Positions 40,565 to 52,239 of a stretch of DNA of 64,000 bases are shown here, in pieces (position 1 is the stretch's first letter; each line of letters opens with the position of its first letter). The stretch comes from Macrostomum lignano (Eukaryota). The notes under the pieces were generated by a model. The model saw nothing but the letters and a program-made list of their open reading frames with translations. It did no database searches and had not been told where the DNA came from. Where the stretch lies: contig NIVC01000257.1 in the NCBI GenBank assembly GCA_002269645.1, positions 248,001-312,000 of the forward strand, written 5' to 3'. Made by a program: the position numbers and the translations under genes.

Positions 40565-40875
40565 CAGAATCTGCAACAGCAGCGCACTGCAGCGCGATAC
40601 TCTCGGCAATGTTCTCAGCCAGAGTGGTCTCTATTCGGCCAGTGGTGGAGCTGAACTGGCTGACTAGCGAGTGCCTGCCGGGAACGGAGCCTCCGCTCGA
40701 CACTGTGTTGGATGATGGCGACGGACTGCCAATAATGTTCATAGCTGTTCTGTGCGACGGCTGTGACACGATTGGCTGTTGATGCAACTGATGCTGCTGT
40801 TGTTGCTGTTGTTGCTGATGCTGCTGGTGCAGCAGCTTCTTTGCCGCTGATGATGCGCCGCTGTTGCCCTTCCAT
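40565..40875 (-). CDS. Otop: Otopetrin exon 2 (polyQ/His-rich)
   Basis: Acceptor tttttag|A, donor G|GTAGGC; 311 nt, phase 2 to phase 1; (I)WKGNSG...HQQHQQQQQQQQHQLHQQ...VADS. Confidence 0.7.
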
Positions 40876-40949
40876 CTAAAAAATGATGATTGGCATGATA
40901 GGTTTTGTTTAATTTTTCCAATTAATTTCATGCACGCAAAGATTCTCAC

Positions 40950-41485
40950 ATTCTAGCCTTCAGCGCCGTTGGTCGATCTTCATCGCTGCTTGTGGTGCTA
41001 GTGCTGGTTGTACTGTTCCTTCTTCGCTGCCTTGGCGTGCTTTCGCAATCACTTTCTGAGTCTGATGAGGGTGGCGAGCCGCAACTGCCTTTTCTGTCAT
41101 GCGGCGGCGCGTATGCTGTTAAAGAAGTCGAAACGATGCTCACTGGAGCCATTGGAGGAATATTAATTCCGGGACTCTCGGCGTTTGTCGGAGAAATGGA
41201 GTATGTCGAGCTGGATGCATAACTAACTTCATCGTCATTTAATTGAGTGGTTGGGTACGATGATGATGATGCTGCTGATGACTGAGCCAAAGCAAGAAAA
41301 GGATCATTGTGAGCTTGTGGTTCGACTGGCTTTACTTTTGAAGAATACGTTTGAGATGACGTACTAGCCTTCGTGGGTGCTGCAGTCGTTGCTGGTGGTT
41401 CGGCTCTTTCGCCAATTGCGTACAAATTGATGACGGACGGAAAATTTCCATGTTCAATAGATGACTCCGAACTACTTTGATACAT
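40950..41485 (-). CDS. Otop: Otopetrin exon 1 (ATG 41485; Ser/Thr-rich disordered N-terminus)
   Basis: 536 nt, donor AT|GTGAGA phase 2, then a 74-nt intron to exon 2. Phases chain without a break into the recognisable otopetrin exons. Confidence 0.7.
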
Positions 41486-41871
41486 AGATAATTCTTCGAT
41501 TCACTTCACAAAGTGTCGGACATAACATAAACCATGAATCGATCAACTCAGAACGATTTGAAATTCGGATGGTCTTATGGGTTCCATGAAAACGAGCAGC
41601 TTAAATTCGTCGGTAATGAAAAATCGAGGCTTTTAGCAGCTGCTTAATGATATGGTAAGGAAAATATTTTTATTGATACTATATTTTTCACAAAAAAATT
41701 GTAACTTTTTTATTTTATATAGCACCTAGCGCAATTATTACACACGTTTTGTTTTTTTATGCCCTAAATTTTTCGATGAAACCACAAAAGTTTAAATCAT
41801 GACCCTTCAAATCTTTGAGCACACGTGATAAAAGTTTTATTGTGTTTGTAAAGAAGAATTATTCTTTAAAT
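41486..41871. promoter_or_regulatory. Candidate bidirectional promoter between otopetrin and the kinase
   Basis: Divergent start codons 386 bp apart in repeat-free AT-rich sequence. Confidence 0.55.
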
Positions 41872-42008
41872 ATGCCCCAAACAGCTTGTAAAGAAACCCG
41901 CATTTTAGATATTAATGGTGATTTAAGTCTTTCGGATGATAAAGAAAACACATTTGAAACTATTTCGTCCCTAAGCGAATCATATGATGTATTAAAAGAG
42001 CTTGGAAG
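41872..42008 (+). CDS. Drak: DRAK/STK17-like kinase exon 1
   Basis: MPQTACKE...SESYDVLKELG(R), donor AG|GTAAGA phase 2; completes the G-loop GRGRFAKV with exon 2. An in-frame TGA lies upstream at 41800. Confidence 0.8.
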
Positions 42009-42629
42009 GTAAGAAAAAAAACATTTTTGAACTTATTTTTTCAACTTATTTTTGTTGCATTTGTAGCAATGCTAAAATCTATCTCTTACTCTGTTTTAGA
42101 TTTGTTATGTTTAAAGACCCACCTTGCTTGTATGTTTGCAATAAATTCTTGAAAAATGTTCAACTAGTCAATATATAAGATTTTTTAAGATATTGGCATA
42201 GCCACCATATAGGGCAGAGTCATGGGGTCTGAGATAGGCCAATTATTAACTCTAAAATTTAGCACAAACCTAGCATTCATTGAAGTTATACAACAGTATA
42301 TCATAAAAATGGCTTTAATTTAATTAAGGATAATTACAATTGCAAATAATAAATAAGTGATACTATAATAAATGTTACTCGTAGGACAAGACCTAGGAAG
42401 CTTCTTTGTTTGCTTTGCTTGCCTGGAAGCAGCGTTGGTCTACCTTCCCCAAGTTTTCTATATATTAAATCCTAATTTATTCATTTTAAAACAATAAATA
42501 CCTGAATTTTAGATCTAGACAATATTTTATACAATTCAGCATAACTTCTATGGCAACTGATCAAAAGGGCGACAGATGAAAAGGGCGACAGTTAAAAGGG
42601 CGACAGTCAAAAGGGCGACAGGGTATTAG

Positions 42630-42929
42630 ACCAAGAACTACTTAAGTGGAAGGATGGGAAACCTCGAGAGCTGGCATCGCGCTCTAAACTACAGAGCCCA
42701 GCGAGGAAACATCCAATTCTACCTGCTCATCAAGCTCCTATTCAATGAAGCAGGAATGATCCCCGTAGAGGTGCAGCTCCTCTCCCAAGGAGTAATGCGC
42801 CGCGTACAGCACAACAGATACTAAAGTATGCAGGCCCAGTACTTCAAATACTGGAGAGAATTCAGGCGTGGCAACCGCTTGGCAGATGATCTACTGAAGG
42901 CAGTTAGTGAAATAAATGGACCTCACTGA
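42630..42929 (+). pseudogene. MULE transposase C-terminal remnant with an internal stop
   Basis: LESWHRALN.RAQRGNIQFYLLIKLLFNEA...Q..F..W resembles the post-catalytic TNNxxEGWH..LN...FY.L..LL..EA segment of invertebrate MULE transposases; TAA at 42822. Confidence 0.7.
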
Positions 42930-43069
42930 ACCACATTTTAACATTTAATAGTGTGTCCAATACGTGTCCAGCTTTTATACAACCCCATTTTAACTGCTCG
43001 TACAATTTTAACAACGCATTTTAACAAATACAAGTATGATACATGTTTACTGCTTTTAACAAATACTTT

Positions 43070-43709
43070 GGTCTGCGGTCATTTTGTCTGCCGCCTTTTC
43101 GTCTGCCAAAGAATTTTAGCAGACGAAATGACTTTTTTATTTATGTTTATTTTGGTTCACTTATTTAGTATTTTTATGTAGGGAATTAAAATAAATTAGT
43201 ATAAGCAAGTTTTAAGTATGTTTTCTTATTTATATTGATACATTTTGTTTTTCTTCATTTTCTACGAAACCTAACTAACCTTTAAGCTACTTGTATTTGT
43301 GAATAAATTGCATATGAGTTTACATTTTCTGTGCCTACAATTTTGATTGCTCCTTACATTTTACACTTTCTGCATTTAAGCTACTTGTATTTGTGAATAA
43401 ATTGCATATGAGTTTACATACACGAAAAAAAAGAAAGTTAGAAGGAAACTAAACAGTTGGAGATATTTGCTTCTGGCTTTGTGTATTTATATGCAACATA
43501 TTAGCTCCGGAACTTTCAGAAAAATCCTAGCATTATAATAAATTATAATTAATAAGACATTTACATTACACTTCCATGCAAAGCTTGATGACATAATTAG
43601 TTATTCCGATTTATATATTATATATATTGGCAGACAAAACGACTATATTGTATATTGGCAGACAAAAAGGCGGCAGACAAAAAGGCGGCAGACGAAATGA
43701 CCGTCAACC
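43070..43709. mobile_element. 640-bp MITE nested inside the MULE
   Basis: 8-bp TSD AATACTTT at 43062-43069 and 43710-43717; TIR GGTCTGCGGTCATTTTGTCTGCCGCC / GGCGGCAGACGAAATGACCGTCAACC. Confidence 0.85.
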
Positions 43710-44959
43710 AATACTTTTAATGTACGTGGAACTCGTATTTTCAATATAAATACACTGTAACTGTCGCCCTTTTGACTGTCGCCCTTTTGACTGTCGCCCT
43801 TTTGACTGTTGCCCTTTTGATCTATTGCCCTTTTGACTTGTAGCCACTTCTATTTGTTAAAATTCTATTTTTTTAATTGTTAAGCTAGATAAATACTCTA
43901 TAACTCACTATAATTTCAAAGTATTCAAGGTAATATTTTTTGTATTAGTGTAGTCCTTGAGCTCAATAAACTTTGACAAAATATATATTTTTAAATTTGA
44001 TACTTTTTCCTAATTATTTTCTAACATTAAAGTTTTTTCCTTTATGAAATTTTGAAGACTTGATCTACTTGAATTGAATGTTGCACTTTCAAATAGAATT
44101 AATAGAAAATAGCAGAAATTATACTTTTTTATTAATTTTCAAGGATTAAACACTAAAATAACTTAATGATTTTAGTTATATTATAATTTTATTTTGTTAG
44201 AAATCATACTTTCTATTTTGAATTCCAAAAAAATCTTACTATTTTAATATATAACATTCTCTAAGCTAGGTCTAATTGAGACTACAAACAAACACTTTAA
44301 TTGTTAGTAGGACAATCATGCTATTAAAAGCTTGCTTTTCATTCTTCTTATGAGTAGCTTGAAAATTTGAAAAAAGGTCTATAGATCTAAGTATTTGGTA
44401 TGCTATTCTTTCTATAGTTGCTCATACTTTGTGCCATAAAAATTATAATAGGTTTTATTTGACAATAATGGCAAAAAATTTAATAAGTAGAACATTGATA
44501 AAATTTTTGCAATTGCTCAAAATAAGGATACTATGGAAAAGATGAATTGCATGCTTAAATTCTCAAACTGGCTACTCTATAAACCCAGTTTTGGGTTATA
44601 AAACACTGAAAAGCAAGCCTTTAAAAATTTAATTCTTCTATTAAAGATTAGATTGCCTGCTTTTATACTAAAAGTCCTAATTTTTCTATTCAATTACTTT
44701 CTAAAGCTTTAATATTTTCATAATGGCTGGGGTAGCTTAGCAAAAGTACATTAATTCATTTGTGGCTTTGCACTGAATTAGAATAAGGCCTTGTTGTGCA
44801 GTTTTCATCAAGATTCAAGACATGGAGTGTGCAAATTCTTGGCTTCATGGGAGTAGGTTGCCTCCCAGCTGCAGTTAGACTGTCGCTGTGGACCCAAGAG
44901 CCACCCGATGAGCTAACAAACTAAATTATTATTTACCACTAATCAATACACTCGTGCAG

Positions 44960-45200
44960 GGGCCGCTTTGCCAAGGTGGTGCACATTCGGCACCGCGCCA
45001 CTGGTGAAGAGTCAGCAGCCAAGCTGCAGCGCTGGCGGCGAATGTGCGGCGAGCGCAGCATGAAGACTCTGGTGGACACAGAGGCCGCCGTGCTTCGCCT
45101 TGTGCGCGGGCATCCCGGCTTTGTGCAGCTGCGGGCCTGTCTGGCCACGCCACAGGAATCAATCATCCTTATGGAGGCCTGCTGCGGCGGCAGTCTGCAG
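44960..45200 (+). CDS. Drak: DRAK/STK17-like kinase exon 2 (subdomains I-V)
   Basis: GRFAKVVHIRHRATGEESAAK...EAAVL...HPGFVQL...ILMEACCGGSLQ; acceptor cgtgcag|G, donor CAG|GTGCGG; 241 nt. Confidence 0.9.
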
Positions 45201-45304
45201 GTGCGGCCTGGCGGTGCCTGTTGAAACAGGAATTTTTTATTTGATACTTTGATCTTGGAATTTCCCCTTTGAGTCACCAGCTTTCTTTCCACTGGCTTCA
45301 ATGT

Positions 45305-45662
45305 TGCCATCCCATCATTAATTTTTCCCAATCGTGTCATCAGAGTCTTCCAAACCGTCATCATATTCTCCATCCCATTATCAGCTTCCCCCATCCCGTC
45401 ATCATATCCCCCATCCCGTCATCATATTCCCCATCCCGTCATCATATTTCCCATCCCGTCATCATATTCCCCATCCCGTCATCATATTCCCATCCCATTA
45501 TCAGCTTCCCCCATCCCGTCATCATATCCCATCCCGTCATCATATTCCCCATCCCGTCATCATATTTCCAATCCCATTATCAGCTTCCCCCATCCCGTCA
45601 TCATATTCCCCATCCCATTATCAGCTTCCCCCATCCCTTCATCAGCTTCCCCCATCCCATCA
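45305..45662 (+). repeat. Minisatellite, about 20 bp (CATCCCGTCATCATATTCCC)
   Basis: Fills kinase intron 2. Confidence 0.9.
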
Positions 45663-45702
45663 TTAGTTCCTCAATCTCCATCTCCATCCTCGTCACTCGC
45701 AG

Positions 45703-46012
45703 GACGCCGTCGGGCTGCTCAGCGAGTCGGAGCTGACCCAGCCCAGTCACCTGGCCTTCTGCCGTTTGGCCGCCGCTCGCCTCTTCGCCGCCTTGGCCTA
45801 CCTGCACCAGAGGCGGCTCTGCCACCTGGACGTGAAGCCGTGCAATTTGCTGCTGCGCTCGCCCTACTCAGCCAGCTGCTGCGACCTCTGCCTGTGCGAC
45901 TTCGGCCTGGCCAAGCGGCTCGACGGCGGCCCGCAGGAGGCCAATCGGACACTGGACGGTACACCTGACTATGCGGCTCCCGAGGTGCTCGCCTACGAGC
46001 CATTCAGCTTCG
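45703..46012 (+). CDS. Drak: DRAK/STK17-like kinase exon 3 (catalytic and activation loops)
   Basis: HLDVKPCN, DFG, GTPDYAAPEVLAYEPFS; HLD rather than HRD and the YxPxS after APE fit the DRAK/MLCK group; 310 nt, donor G|GTGAGT. Confidence 0.92.
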
Positions 46013-46039
46013 GTGAGTGCGGGCTGGGGACTGAGGAGC

Positions 46040-46938
46040 CTTCCAGATCCTCAGTTGCTGGGCCAGCCTCCCGAATCCTCAGTTGCTGGGCCAGTCTCCC
46101 GAATCCTCAGTTGCTGGGCCAGCCTCCCGAATCCTCAGTTGCTGGGCCAGCCTCCCAGATCATCAGTTGCTGGGCCAGCCTCCAGGATCCTCAGTTGCTG
46201 GGCCAGCCTGCCAGATCCTCAATTGCTTGGCGAGCCTCCCAGATCCTCAGTTGCTAAGCCAGCCTCCCAGATCCTCAGTTGCTGGGCCAGCCTCCCAGAG
46301 TGTCAGTTGCTGTGTCAGCCTCCCAGATCCTCAGTTGCTGGGCCAGCCTCCAAGATCCTCAGTTGCTGGGCCAGCCTCCCAGATCCTCAGTTACTGGGCC
46401 AGCCTCCAGGATCCTCAGTTGCTGGGCCAGCCTCCCAGATCCTCAGTTGCTGGGCCAGCCTCCAAGATCCTCAGTTGCTAAGCCAGCCTCCCAGATCCTC
46501 AGTTGCTGGGCCAGCCTCCCAGAGTGTCAGTTGCTGTGTCAGCCTCCCAGATCCTCAGTTGCTGGGCCAGCCTCCAAGATCCTCAGTTGCTGGGCCAGCC
46601 TCCCAGATCCTCAGTTACTGAGCCAGCCTCTCAGATCCTCAGTTGCTGGACCAGCCTCCCAGATCCTCAGTTGCTGGGCCAGCCTCCCAGATCCTCAGTT
46701 TCTGGGCCAGCCTCCCAGATCCTCAGTTTCTGGGCCAGCCTCCAAGATCCTCAGTTGCTGGGCCAGCCTCCCAGATCCTCAGTTGCTGGGCCACTGCCAG
46801 CCTCCCAGATCCTCAGTTGCTGGGCCACTGCCATCCTCCCAGATCCTCAGTTGCTGAGCCAGCCTCCCAGATCCTCAGTTGCTGACTTGCTGAGCCAGCC
46901 TCCCAGATCCTCAGTTGCTGGACCACTGCCAGCCTCCG
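46040..46938 (+). repeat. Minisatellite, 28 bp (CTCCCAGATCCTCAGTTGCTGGGCCAGC)
   Basis: Begins about 27 bp after the kinase exon 3 donor. Confidence 0.95.
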
Positions 46939-47609
46939 AGATAACAGTTAAATGTATTAATTTAATTAAGCTCTAATTGTGTTCCTTCTTTTCTGACGTC
47001 TACCAAAACCAATTTATTAAGCTGACAAGTATATTCTGTGCCTTCACTTTCAGACAATTGTTTATGAAACGCTAAATATGCTAGCAATAGTTTAGTGTGA
47101 ACTTTTGTAAATGTCCAAATTCAAGATAAGTATTTATTATATTGTGGTCGCTGGCCTTATTTATAAATCGATTGTGTTCGCGCTTAATCTGTTAATTACT
47201 CTGCAGTAAAGTTGAAAGTGAAAGTTTTGCAGGGAAACAATTCCAGACCATGGCAACTTGGCCTCAGTTGACCTCCCTAGTTGCTAGGCTAAAGTATGGA
47301 AACAGAGAGGCATCCAGACTGTTTAGCAAGCGTGCGAAACAGCTAATATTGAGGCTCAGAGACCGGTCAATTGTGTGCTTAGTAATAATGCATTCAGACT
47401 GCTCGTCTGCTCGACATGGGTGGGCGGGCTCTGTCGTCCTCTCTGCCCCTGTATTCCATCGAGCGTGGGTTCTTAATTAAATGCTTATGCCCACGAGCCT
47501 TTGCGCCTGTCTTAGAAATACGATGTTTTACTAATGAAGTAGTCTAAGTTTCTCGAAACTTTTTGACTGAACTTTTCATTTCACTATCTTGGCTATCTCT
47601 GTCTCTATT

Positions 47610-48116
47610 CTGCTGTCACTGTCCACGTACTTCTGTCACTGTCCTCATTCTGCCGTCACTGTCCTCATTCTGCTGTCACTGTCCTCATTTTGCTGTCACT
47701 GTCCCATTCTGCTGTCACTGTCCTCATTCTGCTGTCACTGTCCTCATTCTGCTGTCACTGTCCTCATTCTGCTGTCACTGTCCTCATTTTGCTGTTACTG
47801 TCCCATTCTGCTGTCACTGTCCTCATTCTGCTGTCACTGTCCTCATTTTGCTGTTACTGTCCCATTCTGCTGTCACTGTCTTCATTCTGCTGTCACTGTC
47901 CCATTCTGCTGTCACTGTCTTCATCCTGCTGTCACTTTACACTGTTGTCACTGTCCACATTCCGCTGTCTCAGTCAGGCTGTGTGTGTCCACATTCCGCT
48001 GTCTCAGTCAGGCTGTGTGTCCACATCCCGCTGTCTCAGTCAGGCTGTGTGTGTCCACATTCCGCTGTCTCAGTCAGGCTGTGTGTGTCCACATTCCGCT
48101 GTCTCAGTCAGGCTGT
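47610..48116 (+). repeat. Two adjacent minisatellites (about 20 bp CATTCTGCTGTCACTGTCCT; 32-34 bp CCACATTCCGCTGTCTCAGTCAGGCTGTGT)
   Basis: End 15 bp before the kinase exon 4 acceptor. Confidence 0.9.
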
Positions 48117-48131
48117 CCGCCCCACCCGCAG

Positions 48132-48436
48132 CCGCCGATCTCTGGTCATCGGGCGCCGTTCTGTTCTTCGCCGCAACCGGCGTGTCGCCATTCGCCGCCA
48201 GCGTGTCGGAGCCAAAGCAGGTGGTGTACTCCCGCGTGGCCACCGTCGCCTGCGACTGGTCCCTGCTGGCCAGCCATCCCGCTGAGTCGCTGGTGCGCCG
48301 GCTGCTGAACAAGTCGCCCAGCCTTCGGCCCACGGCCGAGGAGGCCGCCGGTCACGAGTTTGCGGCGCCACCCACTGCGGCGGCTGAGGATCCGGCGGCT
48401 GCCTCCGCTGAAGGTGGAGGAGGCGGCGGTGTTTGA
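48132..48436 (+). CDS. Drak: DRAK/STK17-like kinase exon 4 (subdomains IX-XI, stop)
   Basis: (A)ADLWSSGAVLFFAATGVSPF...LVRRLLNKSPSLRPTAEEA; acceptor cccgcag|CC; CDS total 993 nt = 330 aa plus stop. Confidence 0.9.
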
Positions 48437-48484
48437 TGACCTTAAGAACTTTTAATAACAAAAGGTATGACGCAGTTAGGGAAC

Positions 48485-48660
48485 TGGTGTGGGTAGAGCA
48501 CTGTTGGTGTGGGTAGAGCACTGTTGGTGTGGGTAGAGCACTGTTGGTGTGGATAGAGCACTGTTGGTGTGGGTAGAGCACTGTTGGTGTGGGTAGAGCA
48601 CTGTTGGTGTGGGTAGAGCACTGTTGGTGTGGATAGAGCACTGTTGGTGTGGGTAGAGCA
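48485..48660 (+). repeat. Minisatellite, 20 bp (TGGTGTGGGTAGAGCACTGT)
   Basis: Direct reading. Confidence 0.9.
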
Positions 48661-48949
48661 GAAGTGCAGTTCCAATAGATGAACAAAAATGCTAGCGCTA
48701 TCCAGCTCCCTACACTGCGTACACTGCAAACAAACTGGTCATAGCAAATATGGTTTACTCATTTTTAGTCGCACTCAGCTGATTTTGACCGCCAGATTGA
48801 TTGTTGTACGGCAATCTCCTTCACTGACACACCTGCACCATGTATGAGAGCCAAATGTTTAATTTGCTTAACTGTGTACTCAATTTGGATTGTAATGGTA
48901 TGCAAGTATTACTTGAAGTAATATTATTTCTCTTGCGTATAGTATATAC

Positions 48950-49610
48950 TCTAGCTCTCTCTCTCCCTTCTCTCCCCTGTCTCACCCTCCCTCTCTCGCC
49001 TGTCTCTCTCCCTCTCTCGCCTGTCTCACCCTCCCTCTCTCCCCTGTCTCACCCTCCCTATCTCCCCTGTCTCTCTCTCTCTCTCTCCCCTGTTTCACCC
49101 TCCCTATCTCCCCTGTCTCTCTCCCTCTCTCCCCTGTCTCTCTCCCTCTCTCCCCTGTTTCACCCTCCTTATCTCCCCTGTTTCTCTCCCTCTCTCCCCT
49201 GTCTCACCCTCCCTCTCTCCCTGTCTCACCCTCCCTCTCTCCCTGTCTCACCCTCCCTCTCTCCCTGTCTCACCCTCCCTCTCTCCCTGTCTCACCCTCC
49301 CTCTCTCCCTGTCTCACCCTCCCTCTCTCCCTGTCTCACCCTCCCTCTCTCCCTGTCTCACCCTCCCTCTCTCCCTGTCTCACCCTCCCTCTCTCGCCTG
49401 TCTCACCCTCCCTCTCTCCCTGTCTCACCCTCTCTCTCTCCCGTCGCATCCTCCCTCTCTCCCGTCTCACTCTCCCGTCTCACCCTCCCTCTCCTTTTGT
49501 CCCCTGTTTTTCTCTCCCTCTTCTTTTATCTCTCCCTCTCTCTCCTGTCTCTCTTCCTTTCTCCCGTCTCACCCCTCTCTGTCTCACTCTCCCTCTCTCC
49601 CCTGTCTCAG
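48950..49610 (+). repeat. Pyrimidine-rich minisatellite (CTCCCTCTCTCCCTGTCTCACC)
   Basis: Direct reading. Confidence 0.9.
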
Positions 49611-50721
49611 ATCAGCGCCTCTTAAAATTGCTGCCTCATTCCCTCTCCTGCAAAAGTCGGATCAACATCGAATCGGATAGAATCTTACTTTATGGTTGTG
49701 TATAATAGGCGCGCATGTCTTTGAAGTGCCATAAGAGCGCCATATACTTTGGACATGAGTGCACCAAGGACATGATACAAGAGCGCAAAAGTACGTCACA
49801 GAAGTCTCTGGTTATCCGAAGCGAGTTGCAGGCGAGAGTCAGGGAGGAGCCAGACAGTTGCGCGCCTGTGGGTCATGCACCGATGCCTTGTTGCGCACTT
49901 CAGCCAATATGGCCTGGTTTTATTGTGTCTGTGCGCTCCTATGGCACTGAAAATGCGCGCCTACGAGATGTCAACAAAATGTTATCAGCGGATAAACAGC
50001 GGAATTCGTCAGCCTCTAAATATTAATCCAAAAAATTTTTTTTTCAAGAAAGTAACAACGAACTGTGTTTGTTAGTGCATTATAATAAGGTAAAAAACGC
50101 TTATTTTCTGGCTTTTCTACTTGCATAAGTAGTGTCATGTGGATGTTTTACTAAATCAATGTTTAAAAACGAAAAAAACTTGATTTCGAAGATTAGTTTT
50201 AACTGAAATTTGCTTATTGGTGCTAACCAGCTAAAACTGGCTTGCAATTGTGCTGCATATCCTCCCTATAAAGCTGTTTATAGCGCTATTCATTTCATTT
50301 TTATCTCCCTATTTCATTTTTAAACTCAAATTTTGTCGTGCTCTAACTGCTCTTCTTATTTTCCAAGCGGTTTCTTTTAAGTCTGATGAAATCCTGTCTC
50401 ACTTGCAATGACCCTCTGCCAAGCCTTTTTTATTGACGCGCTTTGTGTTCTATTTATTTTATAAAAAAACTATTTACGCTTAATAAAAAAGGTTTATTTA
50501 TAGACACAAAAATCAGGTGACGCTTAGTGCTTCAGCTTGCTTGTTTTGACTTTCTTATCAATTATTAATGTAAATTCAGGCACTGACCGCAATGGGGGGG
50601 ACAGGGTGGACAGGGGGACATTGTCCCCTCCCAGTAAAAGCTATGGGGGACATGCCAATGCTTTGTCCCCCCACCCCACCTTGTGACCCGTTATTGAAAT
50701 CAATCTTCAGGGCGACAAAAC

Positions 50722-51780
50722 AGTGCCTGTGGCGCTAAAATGAGTGTCTGTGGCGCCAAAATGAGTGCCTGCGGCGCTAAAATGAGTGCCTGTGGCGCTA
50801 AAATGAGTGTCTGCGGCGCTAAAATGAGTTCCTGTGGCGCCAAAATGAGTGCCTGTGGCGCTAAAATGAGTGCCTGTGGTGCCAAAATGAGTGCCTGTGG
50901 CGCTAAAATGAGTGTCTGTGGCGCTAAAATGAGTGTCTGTGGCGCCAAAATGAGTGCCTGTGGCGCCAAAATGAGTGCCTGCGGTGCTAAAATGAGTGCC
51001 TGTGGCGCTAAAATGAGTGCCTGCGGTGCTAAAATGAGTGCCTGCGGCGCTAAAATGAGTGCCTGCGGCGCCAAAATGAGTGCCTGTGGCGCCAAAATGA
51101 GTGCCTGCGGTGCTAAAATGAGTGCCTGCGGTGCTAAAATGAGTGTCTGTGGCGCCAAAATGAGTGCCTGTGGCGCCAAAATGAGTGCCTGCGGTGCTAA
51201 AATGAGTGCCTGTGGCGCTAAAATGAGTGTCTGTGGCGCCAAAATGAGTGCCTGTGGCGCCAAAATGAGTGCCTGCGGTGCTAAAATGAGTGCCTGTGGC
51301 GCTAAAATGAGTGCCTGCGGTGCTAAAATGAGTGCCTGCGGCGCTAAAATGAGTGCCTGCGGCGCCAAAATGAGTGCCTGTGGCGCTAAAATGAGTGCCT
51401 GTGGTGCCAAAATGAGTGCCTGTGGCGCTAAAATGAGTGTCTGTGGCGCTAAAATGAGTGTCTGTGGCGCCAAAATGAGTGCCTGTGGCGCCAAAATGAG
51501 TGCCTGCGGTGCTAAAATGAGTGCCTGTGGCGCTAAAATGAGTGCCTGCGGTGCTAAAATGAGTGCCTGCGGCGCTAAAATGAGTGCCTGCGGCGCCAAA
51601 ATGAGTGCCTGTGGCGCCAAAATGAGTGCCTGCGGTGCTAAAATGAGTGCCTGCGGTGCTAAAATGAGTGCCTGCGGCGCTAAAATGAGTGTCTGTGGCG
51701 CCAAAATGAGTGCCTGTGGCGCCAAAGTGAGTGCCTGTGGTGCCAAAATGTGTGCCTGCGGTGCTAAAATGAGTGTTTGC
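50722..51780 (+). repeat. Minisatellite, 21 bp (GGCGCTAAAATGAGTGCCTGT)
   Basis: Direct reading; the GCTAAAATG.GT core is also seen at 39738-39870. Confidence 0.95.
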
Positions 51781-52239
51781 ATATATTGAAGATTTGCATA
51801 TATGAAGTAAAAATATATCAAAGTAATTAATTATATTTTAGGGCGCTGCTGTTTATATATTTTGCAGAGTGCAAAATTGGCCCTTGTTTGTAGTTATAAA
51901 TCTAGTAAAAACCAGAAGATACAGCACTCGTGGAAGATGCGGATTACAATTAAATACAATTCTAAGTATATATTGAGTTAATATCTGCAACACAGAGCAA
52001 ACTGGAAGCTTCCATGGAAAGTTAACTTGGAAATAAGCTGATGGATCCTGTCAACGATGATTATAATAATTTTATCTTCAGCCTTGGAGTTAATGCACGA
52101 TTAGCTATCAAGGTTTAAATTCTGTATTAAATTCACTAGGAATCTGATGACTGCTAAGCGTGACCCAACTGATAGAATCTGTTGTACTGCTGATGAGACT
52201 GCCAACTAGACATTCTGAGCTATCTACATGTATAAAGAC

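Larger units (their letters stand above)
42552..43845 (+). mobile_element. Mutator-like (MULE/Phantom-type) non-autonomous DNA transposon
   Basis: 8-bp TSD ACTTCTAT at 42544-42551 and 43846-43853; GG...CC termini; TIRs made of tandem TCAAAAGGGCGACAG units; contains a transposase remnant. Confidence 0.85.

Noticed and set aside
50577-50690. Harbinger-like MITE end (GGGGGGACA...TGTCCCC) and a degenerate SINE-like stretch at 44725-44925
   Set aside because: No partner TIR or TSD, and no clear A/B boxes, so they cannot be supported.
52140-52200. Hammerhead ribozyme (two CTGATGA)
   Set aside because: No stem II and GAAA core at suitable spacing.
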